Of a DNA stretch of 64,000 nucleotides, positions 38,157 through 50,700 are shown piece by piece. The notes under the pieces are model-generated. The model saw only the letters and a program-made list of their open reading frames with translations, searched no databases and was not told where the DNA came from. A program made the translations under genes and the position numbers. Source of the stretch: a virus; UHGV virus genome UHGV-0010228, one strand, 5' to 3'. The first letter of the stretch is position 1; each line of letters starts with the position of its first letter.

Positions 38157-40248
38157 ATCCACACGTGCGGCGTACCACTGTAAGTTTAGTATGATCACGA
38201 CATCCGCAATTAGGGCATTCCCAGTCTCCATCTTTTATGACTATCTCACCATCAAATCCGCAATTACCACAGTAATCGGATTTGGTGTTAAATTCTCCAT
38301 ATAATATATGATCGTATATGAACTTAATTAAAGCTTCTACTGCAGATAAATTATTTTTCATATTAGGTATTTCTACATATGAAATACAACCACCTGTACT
38401 TATATTCTGATATGGAGCTTCAAATTCAAATTTACTAAATGCATCTATTTCTTCTCTAACATCAATATGATAAGAATTTGTATAATACCCTTTATCGGTG
38501 ATATCTTTTATATCACCGAACTTTTCTTTATCTATTTTTGCAAATCTATAGCATAAAGATTCAGATGGTGTACCATATAATGCATATCCTAAATTCTCTT
38601 CTTTATTCCATTCTACAACTTTATCTTTCATATACTGTAAAACTTTAAGGGTAAATTCTTTTCCTTCTTTACTAGTATGTGATTTACCTAACATTGCTAT
38701 TGATAATTCATATACACCGATATAACCCAGAGATAATGTTGAATATCCACCAACTAATAAATCATCAATAGTATCTTCTGCATTCAACCTAGCTAATGCA
38801 CCATACATCCAATGTATAGGTGATGACTTAGCTTTAGTACCTCTGAGTGCTTTATATCTCAAATATAATGCTCTATGGCATAATTCAAGTCGTTCATCAA
38901 ATAACTTCCAGAATTTATCCATATCACCATTAGCAATTATACCTATCTGTGGTAAGTTAATACTTACTACACCCTTATTAAATCTACCTTCAAATTTATA
39001 ATTTCCATTTTCATCTTTCCATGGTGATAGTGCAGATCTACATCCCATAGGTGAGAACACATTTCCTTCATAATTCTGTCTCATTATCTTAGCACTGATA
39101 TAGTCCGGATACATTCTCTTAGCTGTACATTTAGCCGCTAAGTGTGTGAGATAATCATATTTACCACCTGTAAGATTATTATGCTCATCAAGCACATAGA
39201 TAAGCTTAGGAAATGCTGGTGTTATATATACACCATATTCATTCTTAATACCCTGATACCGCTGATTAAGAATAGCTTCAATTATCTGTGCAACTTCTTC
39301 AATATATGGATCATCTGGTTTAAGATTTAAGAAAATTGTAATAAATGGTGATTGACCATTTGTAGTCATTAATGAATTTAACTGATAATCAATAACCTGG
39401 ACTCCAGCTTTTAATTCTTTATCAACCATATCATCAACTATAGACTTTATAGTTTCTTCATCAATTTTACCATGTGATGATTCTCGAATTTGCTTATCAA
39501 ATTTCTCTCTTGATTTTCTAAGATACTTTCCCAAGTGTCTAATATCTACAGACTGACCACCATATTGTGAAGATGCAACTGCAGCAATTATCTGAGTCAT
39601 AATGGTACACGCAACTCTAAATGATTTAGGACTTTCAATCATCTTACCATTCATTACAGTACCATTATCAAGCATATCTCCTATATTTATGAGACAGCAG
39701 TTGATTATTGGTTGTAGAAAATAATCTGCATCATGGAAATGAATGATACCATCTTCATGAGCTTTTACAATATCTTTAGGTAATAAAAGTCTCTTAGTTA
39801 AATCTTTAGAAACTTCACCTGCTATTAAATCTCTCTGAGTAGAGGCTAAATATGCATCTTTATTTGAGTTTTCTTCCATAACATATTTATTATTATATCT
39901 AACTAATGATAATATCGACTCATCTGTTGTATTCTGCTCACGAACTAAATTTCTAGAATATCTATACGTAATATATTCTTTAGCAACAGGATATTCTTCA
40001 TTTACTTCATATCTAAGAATATTATTGATTACCTGCTCTTGAATATATTCAACATCAGCAATAAATTCAGGATCATCTGCAAGATAGGAATCAATATTAG
40101 CTTCTACATTAGAAGCTATTCTCTGAATTAATTTTTCGCTAAATCTAGCATTTTCAGGAACCTGTAAATTTGCTTTACCAATAGCGCTTGCTATCTTTTC
40201 TTTGTTGAAATCAACAATCTGACCATTTCTTTTACGAACTTTAATCAT
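38157..40248 (-). CDS. nrdD: anaerobic ribonucleoside-triphosphate reductase NrdD, exon 1
   Basis: N-terminal ATP-cone (VRKRNGQIVDFNKEKIASAI), C-terminal Zn-ribbon CGNCGF...CPNCGC, then RRTCG glycyl-radical motif interrupted; unspliced ORF would end 3 residues after the radical Gly. Confidence 0.85.
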
Positions 40249-40290
40249 TTTATTCTCCTTCCAAAAATGTTAAAATATCTTTATCATTTT

Positions 40291-40303
40291 TATAATATAT
40301 AAG
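40291..40303 (-). promoter_or_regulatory. promoter-like motif TATATATTATAAA
   Basis: 40 nt upstream of nrdD ATG 40248. Confidence 0.5.
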
Positions 40304-40439
40304 TTATAAAAAGGTTAATAATTAATACAAAAACAAGTTTTAGATACTTGTCGGTTAATAAATTTATTACAAATACTATTTATATACATATTCAACAACA
40401 CCGTAATTGCTTGATAATACTCGGAAAGGAAGTGATTTA

Positions 40440-43379
40440 GTGTCAACGATTACCCCTAACTATACTAATATATCAGATATTAAAAATACATGGTTAGAAT
40501 CAATTGCACCTAATTACTTTGATTTTGATAATACAAATAATTATCAGTCTGGTATATTTGGTTATATAAATGAAGTTATGGCTGAAGCGGTTGAGGATGG
40601 ATTCAATAGTGTAACTATTGCTAGAAAAGAATTCTATCCTGTAACTGCACAATATATATCATCTTTTTACAAGATGGCATCAATGCAGCAGGTTAGTTTA
40701 CCAATGACAACACCTGCCAGATGTAATGTATCATTAGCTATACCTCAGAAGCAAATTCTTGAAAATAGTACAATAAATGATGGAGTATATGAATGTACGA
40801 TAGATTCGACGTTGCAGATATATGCGGATAATCTACAATTTATGTTAGATTATCCAATAAAAATATTATCTACTAAATCAGATGATGGTACATATGTACA
40901 TGTAATACATTATGATACATCCATAAATAATTCACTCAGTAATGCTGATAGTGAAACTTACATTTCTAATAAGGTTATGGACGCAGATGGTACTAAATAC
41001 CTCATATTATTCATAAAAGATGTACGTCAGTTAGAAATGACAACTTTTTCTCAGATCATACAAAGAGATAGTGGTGTAAATACAGTTACATTCGAAAAGG
41101 ATTTTGAGGGTGATATTGCCAACTTCGAAGTATTCTATAAAGAATCTCAGAATTCTAAAAAGATACAGTTAAAGAAAGTTCTACGATATTCTAACTATCC
41201 AGGTGAGCCATTTATCTGTTATGAATTTATTACATCTAATAAAATTAGATTTACTTTTCCAGATAATAGTGCATTCACTCCCGGTTATAACTCTGAAGTT
41301 ATCGTAAATATATATACATCTCAAGGTGAAGCTGGAAATTTCGAATTATTCTCTGGTCAGTTAACGTGTTCAAATAATTCAGAAGATTATCCATATAATG
41401 CAAACTTCTCAATATTCGGATATGTAAATGCCAGTGCAACTGGTGGTAGAGCTAAAATGACTGATGATGAATTTAGAAATGAAGTTATCAAAGCCTATGC
41501 AACTAATAATGTACATACAATAGCAAATGACTTACAGATGTATTTTGATGACGAATCAAATGCGATAGAGAATGTAAATCTAATGTTTAGAAAAAAACGA
41601 GATGATGCATTCATTAGATTATTTGGATCATATGCATTAATGAAAGATGCATCTGCAATGGTAATTCCTACTAATACAGTAAATCTTAACTTGCACAAAA
41701 CTGATTTAGTTGATAGATCTGATAATGTAACTAGAATTATGATAAAACCTGGTACGATATTTGAATATATCGAACCAGAATCTGAAACAAATTTTGATTT
41801 AAAGATTAATAATGATATATCTATATTAGATATTGATGATAATACTTCTATGTATTTTATAAATCCATTCTTAGTAGGAATTAATATATCTCCAAATTTA
41901 GTTGGATATTACTTAAATTCGATAGATAGTACTAAGAGTGTAGATTATACATATGTAAATGATCAGACAACTAATCAGTTCTCTTGCACAGGAATTAAGT
42001 TTTATAGAAACGCTATTAATGGAAGTAATTACTATGAAATTACTACTCAGATAATTCCTGCATCAGAAATATTTAATCCTGATTATTGTGTAACTAAAAC
42101 CGATGTTTCTCTCACTGAAAACATGATCGTTGCAACTGATAGTGGTCGTATTGTTGACAAGACTTATGTATACGATGACGACAATCAGATTGGTTACGTT
42201 GAGTATACATATAAATATAATAATGGCACTGTGGGTAAGATCCAAGGTAGTACTGCGATTAAACCTGATAATAGTAGAGTTATTGGTTATAATGTACTAT
42301 ATGAAATCGGTGAGGATTTTGTTGTTGGTGACATTATTGCCACTAAGAAAGATATTGATTTAGGATCTCTTACTATTGTAGGTGACATCAATAATGAATT
42401 ATATGCTAATGAGCTTTATATTCCATTTGTACTTGATTCATATAATGATACTGATGGATATTTTGAATTTAAGGCATATCTTGCTACAGATGACGATATT
42501 GGATTAAATGCTAAATTTAATGTTACACATGGTATATTTGACATTAATGGAGAAGAAAATTCAAACCTTGCAATAAATAACGATAATTGCATATTTAATT
42601 TCTGTGCATTATATAATAATCCAGGTAATAATTTAAATCATAAATATTCAACGTTTAAGAATCTCGAGCAGTACACGATGACTAATATGTATTCTACAGA
42701 TTCTAATGACTTAATCGCATTTATTGAATCATATACATTTATTCGTAGTACAGTAACTTTCGTTGATAATCCAGAAGATGCATATAACTATGGTATTGAA
42801 ATTAAAGAATTACCTATGCTACAAGCGTGGTGGGCTTCTAAAGAAGAAAACTATAGCTATTTCATTAATAAGATAAATAGTATTAATGAAGCTTTATTAA
42901 GTATCTCCGATACTTTAGAAAATAACTTTAGTATAGATCTGAAGTTTTATAATACTTTTGGTAAATCTAGATTTTATAAAGTTGGTAATAATAATGAAGG
43001 ATCTACTCTTCTTGATAGTATCCGTTGTAGATTTAGATTTGGTATATCAGTAATGACATTAACTTCCCAGGATACATTCTTATCTCGTTTTAGGGCTCAT
43101 ATAAAATCATATATTGAAGATACAACAAATATTACGGTTAATGGTCAGAGCACATATATAATGAATCTTATAGCAGATCTTAAAAAGACATTCTCAGAAG
43201 TTATCTATATTGAATATTATGGTTTTAATAAATATGATCATATGGCTCAAAAAATTATAGGCCCAAGTTTAGATAAATATACTGAGGATTATATACCTGA
43301 ATTTATAAATATTGGTGTTGTATACACTGATGAAGGTGAAGCATATCCTGATATTTCAATCACCTTAATTGACGAATAA
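40440..43379 (+). CDS. large virion structural protein (putative; baseplate/tail-associated)
   Basis: 980-aa ORF; GTG 40440 preceded by RBS AAAGGAAG (longest ORF TTG 40407); no catalytic motifs; position in structural block. Confidence 0.5.
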   Translation: MSTITPNYTNISDIKNTWLESIAPNYFDFDNTNNYQSGIFGYINEVMAEAVEDGFNSVTIARKEFYPVTAQYISSFYKMASMQQVSLPMTTPARCNVSLAIPQKQILENSTINDGVYECTIDSTLQIYADNLQFMLDYPIKILSTKSDDGTYVHVIHYDTSINNSLSNADSETYISNKVMDADGTKYLILFIKDVRQLEMTTFSQIIQRDSGVNTVTFEKDFEGDIANFEVFYKESQNSKKIQLKKVLRYSNYPGEPFICYEFITSNKIRFTFPDNSAFTPGYNSEVIVNIYTSQGEAGNFELFSGQLTCSNNSEDYPYNANFSIFGYVNASATGGRAKMTDDEFRNEVIKAYATNNVHTIANDLQMYFDDESNAIENVNLMFRKKRDDAFIRLFGSYALMKDASAMVIPTNTVNLNLHKTDLVDRSDNVTRIMIKPGTIFEYIEPESETNFDLKINNDISILDIDDNTSMYFINPFLVGINISPNLVGYYLNSIDSTKSVDYTYVNDQTTNQFSCTGIKFYRNAINGSNYYEITTQIIPASEIFNPDYCVTKTDVSLTENMIVATDSGRIVDKTYVYDDDNQIGYVEYTYKYNNGTVGKIQGSTAIKPDNSRVIGYNVLYEIGEDFVVGDIIATKKDIDLGSLTIVGDINNELYANELYIPFVLDSYNDTDGYFEFKAYLATDDDIGLNAKFNVTHGIFDINGEENSNLAINNDNCIFNFCALYNNPGNNLNHKYSTFKNLEQYTMTNMYSTDSNDLIAFIESYTFIRSTVTFVDNPEDAYNYGIEIKELPMLQAWWASKEENYSYFINKINSINEALLSISDTLENNFSIDLKFYNTFGKSRFYKVGNNNEGSTLLDSIRCRFRFGISVMTLTSQDTFLSRFRAHIKSYIEDTTNITVNGQSTYIMNLIADLKKTFSEVIYIEYYGFNKYDHMAQKIIGPSLDKYTEDYIPEFINIGVVYTDEGEAYPDISITLIDE

Positions 43380-43423
43380 AAACATCAACATAAGAAAATT
43401 GCAATAGAAAGGTGGCTAAAGTA

Positions 43424-45085
43424 ATGATAAATAAGAACTTACTTAGAACTGGTCTTATAAATAAATTTACTAACCAATTAATGGAATCGGTTGTAACTGA
43501 GGCTTTTGTTCGTGGTCTTCCATTCAATAAAGAAGACATGACTCATGAACTTGATTCATATAGAAATTATGTTGGATCGGTACTTGAAAGCTTAGGCGGT
43601 GGCTATATATTACTTGAAAATGCAGTTAAGAATAGCAAGCCTGGTTATATACATGATTTAGCAATCGATATAGTATCGACAGCAATTGAAGCAGCAGATA
43701 GAGTTGTAAAGGAGTCTAGTGAAGTTACAGATCCTGAAAATTCTATGTATTCAATAATTGATGAATCAGAGTTTACGGCTGAAGAACTTTCTAGATTTAA
43801 AAAGAAAGGCTCAAATATATCAATTAAAGATGTGGGTAAGGTTATCAATAAAAAGGTTATTGATACTATTAAATTAGAAAAAAATGAATATGAAGATTCA
43901 GAGGATCTTAAGGAAAAATTATCCGCAGCATTAGATGATGCTACAGATAAAGAAGATTCTGAAAAGAATGCTGGAGACGAACCATCAACTGCAGATGATT
44001 CTACTTTATCTGAGGATGATCTAAACGATCCAGATCTCGGTGATGATGATTCTAAAGATTCAGAACCTATAGAAAATGAAAAGAGTGGGTTAGAATCACT
44101 TTATCGTACTAATCTTACACCATTTGATGTTGTTAAACCTATTAGCTTATTCTCAAAGTTACAGGATCTTTGTCTCGAATCTGTATTATGTACAAATGAA
44201 GTATATAGTTCATTACCATTTGAGACTTTAACAAAGATAACTATGGAATCTACTTTAAGCGATTTTTCGCCAAAGAGTAGAACTATTGAGGAAGAATTAG
44301 AAAGTCTTAAACTTGCATCAGAATCTTATAGAGACTCTGACCTTTCTAATGATTCATTTAAATCTAAAATAGACACTGCAATGTCATGTGCTATATGTAT
44401 TGAGACTATATTAGAAACCCTTAATACCCTTAGATTATATAAGCCATCATTAGAATCGGTAAGAGATTTTGTTGATAAACATATCACATATACATCAGCA
44501 ACAGAATCAGATCTTAATGCTATAAAGAATAAGTTAACTGGAATTTCTAAGAGTATGCTTGCTGATGCTGCAGATAATGATTCTATTGAGGATTTAAGAA
44601 ATGTATATACACATATTGAATCAATAGTTGAAAGTGTAGAGGAATTACCACCAGAATACGACTCAATAAAAAATGATGTTCATGCAGCATTTGAATCAAC
44701 TGCTAAGTATATATATGATAAATGTGTTGATCTTAACAATCACTATGATGCAGTTACTGAATCTATATATGATATTAAGAATAGAGAAGCTAATATAAGT
44801 GAATTTGATAAGATCGCTAGAACTTATGGTAAGCACCCAAATGTTAGTGAAATAAGAATCGTATTTGATTCTGCAAGTGAGAATGTTGGAGCTGTATCAA
44901 TCGATGCATATGGTAGAAATGGTAATAGACTTGATAGCACAATAGCAGTTATGCATGGCCATGAGTCTTATAAAACATTCAAAGATTGTGTATTAGAAGC
45001 TGCTCAGTTATCTAAACTTCCATATACTGGAAAGAATCTTAATTACTACGATAAAACTACTTGTAAGCTTCATAATTTATACTAA
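43424..45085 (+). CDS. hypothetical acidic protein (possible scaffold/internal virion protein)
   Basis: 553-aa D/E/S-rich ORF; ATG 43424 with RBS AAAGGTGG. Confidence 0.5.
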   Translation: MINKNLLRTGLINKFTNQLMESVVTEAFVRGLPFNKEDMTHELDSYRNYVGSVLESLGGGYILLENAVKNSKPGYIHDLAIDIVSTAIEAADRVVKESSEVTDPENSMYSIIDESEFTAEELSRFKKKGSNISIKDVGKVINKKVIDTIKLEKNEYEDSEDLKEKLSAALDDATDKEDSEKNAGDEPSTADDSTLSEDDLNDPDLGDDDSKDSEPIENEKSGLESLYRTNLTPFDVVKPISLFSKLQDLCLESVLCTNEVYSSLPFETLTKITMESTLSDFSPKSRTIEEELESLKLASESYRDSDLSNDSFKSKIDTAMSCAICIETILETLNTLRLYKPSLESVRDFVDKHITYTSATESDLNAIKNKLTGISKSMLADAADNDSIEDLRNVYTHIESIVESVEELPPEYDSIKNDVHAAFESTAKYIYDKCVDLNNHYDAVTESIYDIKNREANISEFDKIARTYGKHPNVSEIRIVFDSASENVGAVSIDAYGRNGNRLDSTIAVMHGHESYKTFKDCVLEAAQLSKLPYTGKNLNYYDKTTCKLHNLY

Positions 45086-45125
45086 AATAATAAGGATAGA
45101 TGTTTATAAACATCTATCCTTATTA

Positions 45126-45494
45126 TTATATTTTAATGACCCATCTACCCTCTATATTAAATACTACTGCACGAGAAATAAAAATTCCCCATGATGTCGA
45201 ATCTGCTGATTCATCCATACTACTCATCCAATCATTTTTTATCTGATCAAGTGCTTCAAATCTTGAGCCTGTTTCTATATTCGTATCATAGAATGATGAT
45301 TGATATAAATCAGGTTCATTTTTTAATTCATAATTAGAATTACAAAATTGATTAATTTTAGATACTACATAATCGTAATTATGATGTATTGGGTAAATCG
45401 GGGATACTTCCTTACTACAATCAATTCCATACTTAGGTTTTTCTAATAATATATCCTCAATTAACTCAGTGGGCTTAGCATTTAATTTCATCAT
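45126..45494 (-). CDS. hypothetical protein
   Basis: 122-aa ORF overlapping rusA stop by 4 nt. Confidence 0.45.
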   Translation of the reverse strand: MMKLNAKPTELIEDILLEKPKYGIDCSKEVSPIYPIHHNYDYVVSKINQFCNSNYELKNEPDLYQSSFYDTNIETGSRFEALDQIKNDWMSSMDESADSTSWGIFISRAVVFNIEGRWVIKI

Positions 45495-46114
45495 TTATCC
45501 TCCTTACACATATATTTCATATATGCAACCGTTTTTTGTATACGTTTTCTATTATAATCGCAATCAAAATCTTCTTGATATCTAATTTTGATATTAATTC
45601 TAGGTTTAATAGAATAGTATAATTCTACACGTCCGGGATTGATGATATAATCATCTAATAATAATGAATCATATCCACTCATTGTATCAGGATATGTTTT
45701 AGCTAGATTATCCCAATCTGGTTTTTGTAAGGGTCTAATTTTCTTTTTTTCTGCTAAATATGTATCTACATTACTCATACTTTTAGGAGTTGGCAAATAT
45801 GCTTCAATAGTATATTCAACTCTTGTGCATATAGTATCTAATTCTTCAATAAATTTTTTCATCCGTTTTCTGTTCTTTTTAGCATCTTTAACATAAAATC
45901 CAAATTTACCCTGCCTAGGTCTTGGTGATGCTTTAGGAACCCATGGAATCGTTAAATTTATTTCTTCCCATTTAATTTTATCAATTTGCTTTTCTTTTTC
46001 TTTAACTTTATTAAAATCTATTCTTTTTGTATTTTCTAAGTATTCTAATAATTCTTCTGTTGTGTCTGGTAATTTACTATACAATTTTTCATATTCAATA
46101 TCTTCTTTATACAT
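45491..46114 (-). CDS. rusA: RusA-family Holliday junction resolvase
   Basis: KPDWDNLAKTYPDTMSG...LLLDDYII matches RusA catalytic Asp pattern (D.DN..K...D.......DD..I). Confidence 0.65.
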   Translation of the reverse strand: MYKEDIEYEKLYSKLPDTTEELLEYLENTKRIDFNKVKEKEKQIDKIKWEEINLTIPWVPKASPRPRQGKFGFYVKDAKKNRKRMKKFIEELDTICTRVEYTIEAYLPTPKSMSNVDTYLAEKKKIRPLQKPDWDNLAKTYPDTMSGYDSLLLDDYIINPGRVELYYSIKPRINIKIRYQEDFDCDYNRKRIQKTVAYMKYMCKEDK

Positions 46115-46117
46115 AAT

Positions 46118-47635
46118 CTATCCTACTAACGTCGCAAATCTTCTTAATTTTGTTGCTAACGTATCACCCATTTTTCTAGCAAATGACCTAGGTACATCTC
46201 TAACTCGGTTAAGGCAAAATGCGGTAAATAAATCAACCTTTTCTCTAACATTTGATGATTTTAAATCTGCTCCACATAAATTACCGAGATATTCAATTAA
46301 ACCTTCATTTCTCATGAATAATAATGGATGATCTGAATTTGTTAACATTAATTGACTATATAAAGGAGTTATTGTAATAGTAACATTCCATGCAGTCGAT
46401 AATCCATCAATAGTCCATGCTGTCATATCATCACCACCACGGTTTAATTCTATTCCAGATATTACTGCCAATTGACTATTAAACATTCCTGGCTGATATA
46501 CACGAATAACAAATGGGAATGTATACATATTATCCGATATCTGTCTAGGTAAAGACATTGCTAATAAATGTAGTGCCGGCACCATACAATTTAAGAATAT
46601 TGATACTGGATCTCCATATGGAGAGACAAAATCCATACTACATCTAATATCTTTATTATATGTAACACCTGAGAGCATTGATGGAAAGACCATCTGTCCA
46701 CCATTTAATAATCCAGTTCCTAGCATCGAAAATATATCACCGTCACCACCAGATAATGAACTTATCATATCAGTTAAATCTTTAGTAACGTCTGAACTGA
46801 AAAATCCACCTTTATGTTCTCCTTGGAGATAATAATATAATGATGCAGATGCAGTTCCTAATTTTTGTGCAGCATCTGATAGTAAAGGAGAATCTCCTGT
46901 ATCTGTCTGTATATTTTCAGATATATTAGTTTCCTGATTATTTACAAAGAAATGAATATAGTTCTTATCACTAAAGAAATCACCTGATGTAAATAATGTT
47001 TTATAGAAATCTGTCCATATCGATCTAAGAGCAGAATCTTTAGTATTCTTATAACTCGCTCTATATCTCCAATACATATAGTCAAAGTTTTTTAATTCAA
47101 CAGATGTATTTGGCATTAAATAATCGCCAATACCCATAAGAATGGCTGATGCTCTACATAATACATTTAAATACTTTGCATATTCTTCAGTATCTTGCTT
47201 AAAATCGAAAAGTTTCATCGATTCATTACCAATCTTACGTTTACCACTTATTTCTTGCTGAACTTTATATAATATTGCACTATTACCTCTAGATGCTTCT
47301 AATATTGAATTACTAAATGAAGTTTTATCTGAATCTGTAAATTTAGGTAACATAGTTACTTTACCTGGCAATATTGATATTATTGTAGGATTTGATAATA
47401 TAGTTCTAGAATACACCCTTCCAAACCCAGAGCCCATTTCATTTGTATATTGTAAATCAATATCCATATTATATTTAGGCGGTACACCCATAGCTCTAGT
47501 TATTCTTGTTATATCAACCGAGTAATAATCTCTCTCAAGATGCCCAGCAATGGAGTTATCAGTTGGGTCATAATCCTGAGTACTAGATGCTTGATTAGTG
47601 TTTTTCTTAATTGCACCAAATGAGAAAATTCCCAT
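46118..47635 (-). CDS. hypothetical virion-associated protein downstream of giant gene
   Basis: 505-aa ORF, RBS AAGGAGGTGA. Confidence 0.5.
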   Translation of the reverse strand: MGIFSFGAIKKNTNQASSTQDYDPTDNSIAGHLERDYYSVDITRITRAMGVPPKYNMDIDLQYTNEMGSGFGRVYSRTILSNPTIISILPGKVTMLPKFTDSDKTSFSNSILEASRGNSAILYKVQQEISGKRKIGNESMKLFDFKQDTEEYAKYLNVLCRASAILMGIGDYLMPNTSVELKNFDYMYWRYRASYKNTKDSALRSIWTDFYKTLFTSGDFFSDKNYIHFFVNNQETNISENIQTDTGDSPLLSDAAQKLGTASASLYYYLQGEHKGGFFSSDVTKDLTDMISSLSGGDGDIFSMLGTGLLNGGQMVFPSMLSGVTYNKDIRCSMDFVSPYGDPVSIFLNCMVPALHLLAMSLPRQISDNMYTFPFVIRVYQPGMFNSQLAVISGIELNRGGDDMTAWTIDGLSTAWNVTITITPLYSQLMLTNSDHPLLFMRNEGLIEYLGNLCGADLKSSNVREKVDLFTAFCLNRVRDVPRSFARKMGDTLATKLRRFATLVG

Positions 47636-47671
47636 TTAATTTCACCTCCTTATATTATCAAGTTTGTTAAT

Positions 47672-47707
47672 AGATGATGAGATAGTAAATTTACTATCTC
47701 ATCATCT
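47672..47707. terminator. 36-bp perfect palindrome terminator after giant gene
   Basis: agatgatgagatagtaaa-tttactatctcatcatct. Confidence 0.65.
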
Positions 47708-47716
47708 TATTTCTAT

Positions 47717-50700
47717 TTATAATGTAGCTATTTTATTATACATTGAATTTAGATTAGGATTCTTTAATGATTTTGCACTTTTTGCTCTACTTCCAGTAGA
47801 AATATTATTTGTCTTATTACCACCAATAATTGTAGTGTTACCACTATTTGTAATGTTAGTTGGACTAGAATTCTTACTGTCACCATACCACTTGTCAATA
47901 GTATTAGCAATAGTATCGAGTCTAGATTCAACTCCATCATTATTAGCATTAATAAATGTATTCTTATTAATAAATCCACCATTTTCAGAATTGCCTCCGA
48001 AGTATGGAGCATCTGGGTTTATATTATATCTCTTTGCCATATTAACATTTGCTATATTTAACTTCTTATTATAATCAGGCCCTAAACCTACTAAGCTATA
48101 TGATGCAGGATTGATCCATGACCCGTTTTTCTTTACACCATAATGTAAGTGGTTACCTGTAGACTTGCCAGTAGATCCAACAAGACCAACTTTAGCACCC
48201 TTAGCAACTCTAGCGCCCTTAGACACTAAGCGCTTACTCTGATGAGCGAAGTAATGTTGAGTTCCCTTACTATCTGTTACTACAACAAGATTACCAAATC
48301 CACCAGTACTACCAGGAGATTCCGATCTAGTAACAGTACCCGATACAGGTGTATAGATTGGAGTTCCAGCTGGTGCTGCAAAATCTATACCATTATGCAT
48401 CTTACGTTTACCGCTCTGTGGATCTGATCTATATCCGAATGGACTTGAAATTCTCGTGTACTTCAATGTTTTCTGAATGGCTTCTTTAGCATTATTACCA
48501 ACTACATTAACTGATGAACCAACTGAAGAGCCAGATAAAGAAGAAGATGATGACTTAGATGTAGTATTAGTGTTTGATGATTTTCCAGATGAGTATTTAG
48601 AATTTATCCAATCCCATAAATCTCCCATCTTTGATGCTTTCATTGCATTTCCAACACCTTCTGCATATCCACTTATCATTTCACCCCACGTGGAGTTACC
48701 ATATCCAATCGGAAGATCAATATCTCCCCAGCCATAGATATTTTTTCCACCAACAGAATCGTATTGTCCTAAATTATAATTTACATATAACCGCTTTAAT
48801 TTATTTTCATAATCAATTTTTGCCATCGGGATATTATTTGGATAATCATACGTTGATGTGCAGTATCCAGCATTAGCAACTGCGTGCATTGCATCATATG
48901 CTGTAGTTGCAGTTCTAGCACCACTATATAACTTACCCGAAAGCACATCCCAATATCTAACTACACTATCACCAATGGTATTATATTTAGCCAACTTACC
49001 TTTTGGCATTACACCAAACATATTATTACTACTGAGAGCTCCACCGGCTGATCCTAAGCTTGTTTCTTGAATCGCTTGCGCCAGCGTTAATGAAGGTGGT
49101 AATGATGTTGATCTGGCGTTATCTTGAGCAAATTTTGCAAGAATATTTAATCTTTCACTTAATGATTTCTTTGCCCACTGTCTTCCACTAACATTTAATT
49201 CAGCCGGTATAGTAATTGAAGATCCGTTAAAATCTACAATTCCCGTACTACCTAAGGTTTTACCATCTTCAGCAGTTTCATAGTCTGATGATACATCACT
49301 TTCCAATTCAGAAGCAATTGCTTCCCATGGATCTGTACCATTCACATATGCTGTCATATATGAACTAATAGCACCCGCAAGTCGCTTTAATTTTGTGAAA
49401 AGATTCTCGCCTTTTAACGAACCTAAAAAGTTCATAACTCCTTCTCTAGTATGCTCTAATAAGCCGGAAGCTAAAGATTCATCAGTTGCTGCAATACTAG
49501 ACATATCAACTCCGTTTACATAGTATTCAGAATTATCAACTCTTTCTTGCATATCTTTAATTTTTGAAGATGATAATCCCCAGTTTACGTAAATATATGA
49601 CAATCTAGTTCTCTCGTGCTGTTTTATTACACTTTTAGACTTATATGTAACATTTGTACCTGTTTCAGTTTCACCATCTTTAATTACTATCGAATATTTA
49701 TTATATTTTTTATTTATTGGAATTTCGACATATCTCCAATAATCTCTTAAAGTATAATATTTATCCCTATCTGCTGATTGCATTACTGTATCTACAAGTC
49801 TTCTTAATTCAGCATCAGTAATTTTAGATACTGGAACGTTTTTCTTTCCAATAGTAGCAACATTACATACATCTGTAGATTTATTAAAATAATCAATTTT
49901 TGTTATTGTAGTATCATTCGATCCAGTCGAACTTTTCCACTTTTTATATACATATTCATAGATATATCTAGTTCTAAAAATATTATCACCATAAGTATTA
50001 ACTTTCTTTCTCCAACTTAATGCTTCATATTTTTTATATCCTTCTACAATATATTTATCATATAACTTAAAATCGGATTTTTTGTAAGATAATATTAATG
50101 AATATAGCGCAGTATTTCCAATACCTGCTAAATCTTTAGTTTGTTCAGGGACTGGTGGAATAGATTTCTTAATTGCACAGAATTTATATGGATCCGCTAA
50201 ATACTTATTTTCAATATCTCTTGAAGTCAGCTTCGTTTTATTTGCTGCATTATATAATTTTGATGGTGCCGGCGGATTATAATTTGTAGTTGTTTTAGCT
50301 TCATTTTTCTTTGCAGTTGTAATATCTTTAACCAATTTTGATTTATTGGATAGCTTATTAAGGGTTGATGATATCAGTCCATACCCAAATGGTATATCAT
50401 ATGCAGTCTTTTTTGTTTTATACATATCTGGAATATTGATATTACCATAACCATATGACCATCCACCAGTTGCATTGTTGATGACTGATGATGCTGAATA
50501 ACTCTTAGTCTTACCATCCATTGGATCTTTGATAATGATATTACCATTTGAATCCATACCTGATGCTACAACTATATGACCAGCTGATGTGAATGGATCA
50601 TTTGTATGATCTCCTCTACCGGCTACTATTGTAGGTACTCCAGATTTTATATTTGTATATAATTCGGATCCTCTAGTTACTTGATGAGGCTTTAATCCCA

